Positions 58,356 through 64,000 of a stretch of 64,000 nt of DNA are shown piece after piece. Under the pieces are notes generated by a model that was not told the DNA's origin, did no database searches, and worked only from the letters and a program-made list of their open reading frames with translations. A program made the position numbers and the translations under genes. This stretch comes from Lingula anatina (Eukaryota > Animalia > Brachiopoda). The stretch lies in contig CM120641.1 of NCBI GenBank assembly GCA_051362555.1, positions 35,470,401-35,534,400 on the forward strand, in the 5' to 3' direction. Numbering within the stretch: position 1 is the stretch's first letter; the number at the start of each line of letters is the position of its first letter.

Positions 58356-59117
58356 CACTGCATAGCGCAAGTTGACAGAATTCCTGTGGGAGCGAACTTT
58401 TCTCATTTGTCACGTATACCACAAGGGCATAAAATAGCAGTACCTTGGGTTGGGCATGGTGATGTCATACTCCTAATATGCAGTTATAAAAGAATACAAA
58501 CGAAAGGGTCTGGTATGAAATCCATATTGCAAACGTGTTTGTGTTGAAAGTAAAAATGAATAAAATGTATGAACAGATGCACTTCAGATGGATTTTAGTT
58601 GCCCCTCAATTTCTCCACATCAGCGCTTTATTTCTATCAGTAAAACGCAACAATACGTGTACCGGTACACTACAAGAGCAACCGTGCGCAGTGAGTGTAG
58701 AAGAGAACCTCAATATATAGGGTGCATAACAACGGTTTTGCTTAATAAAAACAATGTATTGCCTGCAAACATGTCTGTTTTTATCATGCTCTACTGAGAT
58801 TTCAATTCCGGATATTTGGTCTTTTAATATACATATATTCATAGACGTTTCTTTGGCGACCGACAAGACTCAAAATATCGAATATTATCAGAATATTATT
58901 GCTGTTCTATTTTATATTTCACAGTGGTCATCCGACATTAATTAAAAGAAACATTTGAATCCGTACATAATCACTTTAATTTTCTTATTTTTTTTTTAGC
59001 AAACGCTCTCTCACTCTCTTTCCCGTAGGAATGATACCATGAATAACTTATCTTTTTTGGCTTTACAAAGGCAGGCGTTACGTTTTTATCGCCCAGGCTA
59101 CGAGTTGGTCTGTTGAT

Positions 59118-59210
59118 TATAATCTGGTCATAATCAAATATCATATGGATTATAATCTGGTCATAATCAAACATCTAGGTCACAATCTGGTCATGATCAA
59201 ATATCCATGG
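59118..59210. repeat. Three degenerate 30-33 bp copies spanning the stop codon of the Gly-rich gene
   Basis: aatctggtcat(a/g)atcaaa at about 59121, 59154 and 59184. Confidence 0.85.
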
Positions 59211-61935
59211 CCGCTGTTGTAATCGTTTTGACCGGAGGGGTTGTCTCCAGCGTTGTACGAGCCCCCTCCTCCACCACATGAATCTTCGGAATTATCTCCG
59301 CAAGCTCCACCCGAGTAACCGCCTCCGCCCCCCGCTCCTCCAGCGTTACCATGTGCGCCCGCTCCACCACCAAACCCTCCCCAGGCTTGGTTAAATTTCG
59401 GTCTCCCACCAGTACCTCCGTTAACAAACGCGAATCCACCTTCACCGCCCGTACCGGAGGATCCTCCAAACTGGGTGCTACTGCGCCCGTTGGTCAGCAG
59501 GCCACCGCCGCCGCCGCCTGAATTACTGGTGTCCGCAGTTGAAGCGCCCTCCCCGTTTGAACCACCAGGCCAAATCGTACCTCCGCTGTAGCAGCTGTTC
59601 CCAGTAGTGCTTGTAGTGCCGCCACACGTTGCCCGCCGCGTTGAAGCCCCCTTAATACCTCCCCCGCCACCAGCTATGATAATAGGCGTGTTATCGGCGT
59701 ACGTCAGGAATGTGCCGCCACCACCGCCTGAGGAGGAATGAGAATTCTCACCGCCCATTTGTCCGACTAGAATCTTTATCTGGTCACCTGTAAGACAGCC
59801 GTTGGTCAAAAATTAGTGAGATTAATGCAGAGTGGGCTAACTGCTTATTGTTAGGGGTGCTGTTTTGGGGATACTGTTGCTATGTTTACTAATATGTAAT
59901 ATTAAATTTCGTAAGTTAACCAGAAAGCGGCAGAAAATCCAAAAGGCAGAAATTTCCAACCTACCGTGCACCCATAACTGAAGCGCGCGCGCACAACAAC
60001 AAACCTAACAAGACTTCGCCAAACATGCTTCGTGATACCCTCAAATATACGAATAGACAATTTCACACACACACACACACATACACATTTACCTGCATAA
60101 AACGTAAAGTCTCCAACCACATACGCGCCGTAGCCTCGATATGTACACCCACTGCTGTCACATCCACCAGCAGCACCTAAAGAATTATAGCACATGTATG
60201 ACAATCGTCGGAAAGAATCCTCAATCGTTCATGACAACTGGATATCATTTTACCCGACAAAAAAACAATCCTCCTCCGACATGTAAATGTCACAGTCCTG
60301 TTTAACATCGGCACTGCCACACGGGGCTCAAAACTTTTACCAAAAATATAATGTCTGTGTTGTCCACTTGCCTGCAGCCTCTATTCTATAAGTGCCACTG
60401 GACGGCATGGTCATGTACTGGATTCCGTTGGCCACTGTCACCAGCCCCCCTAGATCTGTCCCGTCATAATGAGAGCCCACCGAAGTAGGTCCATCCTTCC
60501 CAGTGGTACCAAGGTTTGTGAATGTCCCACCAGCGAACGCTACAGGATTAAGAAAGATACAACATGACACCATTCTTGATGACATGCATAGCGGGATGTG
60601 CCCCGCTTCAGATTGAAATCAAATACTGACAAAGTTATTGATATCTTTTTCTTTTGCAAAAGTCTTGAAATCAATACTTACTCACTTCTAACGGTCGCTT
60701 GAAAAGCAAATAAAAGCAAAAATGCCTGAAACAATGTAGCAAAGTTGTCAAATGTACAGACATAAAGTGGAAAATAACGCCGATGGTGTCCAAAATGGGG
60801 TTTATGGCAATTTTAGTGCACTATTTCACAATGCCGAAAGCAAAATCCCCACCAATTTTCAGTTTTGAACTACAGATAACATGGCTAGTCAGAAAATTTA
60901 AGAAGCATAGCGATTTATGCTCATGAAAGTTCCAACCCTCGCTTTGAAATGCCAACGTGAAAAAAATTCACAAAATGCGTATTTTCAAGATTAATCGTCC
61001 GATCAAGCTGTTTTTCGAACTAAACATGCTTTTTTAAAAATTAATTTCCTGTATGTTTGAATAGGTCAACTGGTTTCCCACTTAATTAAACAAGTTACCT
61101 GTACTGCATATAGTATAATGCTTCAAAAAAGCATAGCTGTAAAAATGGCCCGATCACGTTGAATTTAATTCTCAACCTGTTGATTTTAAACCAAAAGATT
61201 TTGAGATAACGACAATCTTAAAACAGTAATAAAAGAAAATAACGTACGGATGGTGCAGGAAAACCCGTCTGAGTCCAACAACAGGCCGCTGCCGCACTCG
61301 CATCTGTAACTTCCGGCAGTGTTGACACACGTTTCTTGACACTGGTGGGTGCCGTCCAAACACTCGTTTTTATCTACATGTACATGCAATGAAGCGCATC
61401 ATGACAATATTTTTACGCTTTATTTATACCAATTTAAAAATGAAAAAGGTTAAACCAACAATTTTACTAAATTTGTAACCAATGTCTATAAAGACCATCT
61501 AGAGTGTTCCTCGTCTTTGTTCTAAGTTGTCAAGCTTAGTGATTTATAGGGCATACTTATATCTAAAACCTCACAATCTCTGAGTAAAACAAAGGAAGAG
61601 ACAAACAAAAACTACACCTTCGTAAATGTGGTCCTAATTTTTCTTAATCCACAATCAATAAGTGTAAAACACGAAGATATTGTAATAAATTTAAACTCTC
61701 AAATTTCATGCTCGTATCCATGCGGTAAAATGTGAATAAGTTGCCTTACCTAGTAAAAGGACACATACATTTCGTGCAGACTCATATTTCGCCTGGAGAC
61801 ATTCAAAGCCATGGGGACCGACCGGCTTGAATTTAGAACATTCAGCAAAGCACTCTTGCCTGGTTGTGTTGATTTCGTGGGAAATAGCGGGTAGATCGGC
61901 ATATTGTAGATATTGGTCGGCGGCGGTGATAACAC
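59180..61935 (-). CDS. PAN/apple-like + Ca-binding EGF + ALK/LTK-type glycine-rich domain protein, no TM or kinase; first exon not securely located
   Basis: Phase-1 exons at 61750-61935, 61248-61373, 60372-60539 (GC donor), 60093-60176 and 59180-59787. EGF: DKNECLDGTHQCQETCVNTAGSYRCEC. ALK-like: FTNLGTTGKDGPT, GIQYMTMPSSGTYRIEAAGAAGG, IKILVGQMG, GGGGGTF, PIIIAGGGGG, GGFGGG and GGGGGYSGG. Confidence 0.85.
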
Positions 61936-63535
61936 CTGTTATGATTATATCCGTTTGCAAAAGTAAATTTGTTTTTAAGTAATCTTGTATGACAGTTTAG
62001 GGACTACTTGAAAGACCTCTTTGGAAGTAATTCAAATTCATGTCTCGTATTATATCATTACTGAAAAACATTCTTACAAATTGCTTAAGCTAAAAGATGA
62101 AAATTTTTCATTTTGTCACATACACACTTCTCGTCCACATTGTTGCAGACATGGTTTTGCAAAGGCTTCATGGGATGTCACATAAAGTATTTTTTACAGT
62201 TTGTAGATTGCTGTAGTTTAAAAAATGATTTTATCCAAATGAAAGTGGTATCCAAATGTCAAAAGTTACCTTTTAATAAAGGTCTACATATGTACACTAT
62301 TACCATTACTTACCAAATAAACTGACAACAATGATTAAATTGTAGTCAACCGCCATCTTAACGGTCCGGCCTGCAGGGCCTACAGGTAGGCTACATGACG
62401 GAACTGACGGATTCCCTAGAGACTATCGACTACGTTATATATAATGAAATGTCAGAAGTGTTGGTACAGGCAATACAAATCGATACAAGAAAAACATTAT
62501 TAAGCATACACTTATTTTGCTGTTTCTGTTTGTCAATGTATCATACTTCGAGTGAGTATACATCTGTCGGGGATGCTTGCTGAATAAAAGATGATTTACC
62601 GAGCACCTCGGGCGTCAGGACAAATGGTTTTGGGGGGGGGGGGGGAGGAGGGGGGGCAGCACGATACTATAAAAGTTCTTCATGTTTGATTGACATGCAG
62701 GTTGATGGCTGTAAAAAGTAGTTATAGTTATCAGTTACCAATTCTCTTACACATTTGTGTTATTTTACTCGTACCAACCTTTAATGTCTCAAACTACTCG
62801 CGCCGGTGTGTAAAGGTGAAACACAACAACGTAACATTCCACAAAATCATAATAGAAAATTATGAAATTCCCCACACGACCCTCTTCACAGCGTGAGATG
62901 CTGGTGACTGGACTGGTCGATGTTTAGAGGTCACTTTAGCATACTTGATTCAATCCCCCAATGTTAATTCTAATCACATTCTGGCTAGTGGTACTTACCA
63001 AGAAATGAAATTTTAATGTACAGTTGAATATCATGTAGCCAATTTTTAATCATATGCTTGTGAAAATTTCCCTGTGCACCCAAAATGTACAGAGCAGTGG
63101 AATTATTCACCACATTATTGAATAAAAATGAAATCTTATTGGGGATTGATCTTGAAGTCGAATATTTGTTAGCCGAACTTCAGGCACCTTCAGGACCAAA
63201 TAAAGATTACAATAAGGAAGATTGCTTTGGATTTTCTGGCAAACTATGATTTGTTAGCTGTCTTTTTAATGGAAGTTTTAAATAATAAATGAAAATCGGG
63301 ACAGAAATACAAATAACGATAACGGGAAGATTGCCAACGCTTTTTAATTCCTGACGAACTATAAAAATTTTTGCTGCAAAGATTGTGGTTGATGGAAGTT
63401 TAAATAATAAAATTAACGTCAGGTTTAAAAACGAACACGATAACAGAAGATTGTCAACGGACTTTGGAATATCTGAGCATCTAAAGGATTGCTTCTTTAA
63501 GGGATCTTTTAATGATACACATGAAGTGAGATTAA

Positions 63536-63667
63536 GACTGCATTCCCAGAGATTTAGATCGATCGATCTGGATCGACCTAACTCTCTGGGGGTTCACGCT
63601 AAATTGCTGTCAGCCGAGCGCGCACCACAGGGGATAGATGGATCTAAATATCTATGGGAATGGGGTC
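63536..63667 (+). mobile_element. MITE family A, internally deleted copy
   Basis: TAA-gactgcattcccagagatttagatcg...gcgcacca/cagggatagat...tgggaatggggtc-TTA. It lacks the central ~90 bp present at 5414-5638. Confidence 0.8.
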
Positions 63668-64000
63668 TTAGTGCCCTGTAACGTTTATAAGGTATATTGG
63701 GTAAGTTCAAGTTTCTTTCAAAACACACGAAAAAAAATACATTTCAAATACCCAGCCGAAATTTATCTCTACAGGGCAGCAGGCATATGATTAAAAAGTG
63801 CACTTTCTTCAAACTTCTGGTCGTAAATTTAACCTTTTCTCTCTAGAGTCCATAAAACACAGAGACCAAGCAGAAAATAACTGTGTAAATTTATTTTCGG
63901 GAAATAATATTACTTGCATTAGATATGACAGTGTTATTTCTTTAAATTGTACCATTTTTACCCTGAGTGTCAGAGCAACGTAAAAATTAGCTTGTAAATA

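Noticed and set aside
59180-59787. Bacterial contamination or PE-PGRS gene suggested by high GC and glycine content
   Set aside because: It is a terminal exon spliced in phase to EGF-containing exons, and the high GC reflects glycine codons.
62600-62683. Candidate first exon of the ALK-like gene (MKNFYSIVL..., minus strand)
   Set aside because: It has the wrong phase and an in-frame stop unless a poly-G run is miscalled, and it would be a poor signal peptide. Left unassigned.

Overview
This is AT-rich, intron-containing animal DNA; an invertebrate, probably lophotrochozoan-like, is my inference from the gene and repeat content. Most short ORFs in the track are spurious or exon fragments. Reading splice sites by hand gives these genes: the 3' part of a HEAT-repeat gene (+); a tandem pair of intronless orphan class A GPCRs (-), one with a +1 homopolymer frameshift; a five-exon membrane protein resembling the mostly bacterial DUF4239/bestrophin-like family (-); MFSD13A/TMEM180 (+); NUP85 (-) head-to-head with CRYM (+), with only ~61 bp between start codons; an HGSNAT-like gene (+); and a PAN-like + EGF + ALK/LTK-type glycine-rich protein with no transmembrane or kinase domain (-). 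Repeats include three Tc1/mariner relics, two Harbinger-type MITE families (one self-nested, one a near-perfect long palindrome), an RTE-type LINE fragment, minisatellites and microsatellites. The best candidates for novelty are the intron-containing DUF4239-like gene, the soluble ALK-like ectodomain protein, and tandem copies of the stop-codon region in two unrelated genes. There is no CRISPR, rRNA or tRNA that I can support. Family assignments come from motif recognition, not database searches.
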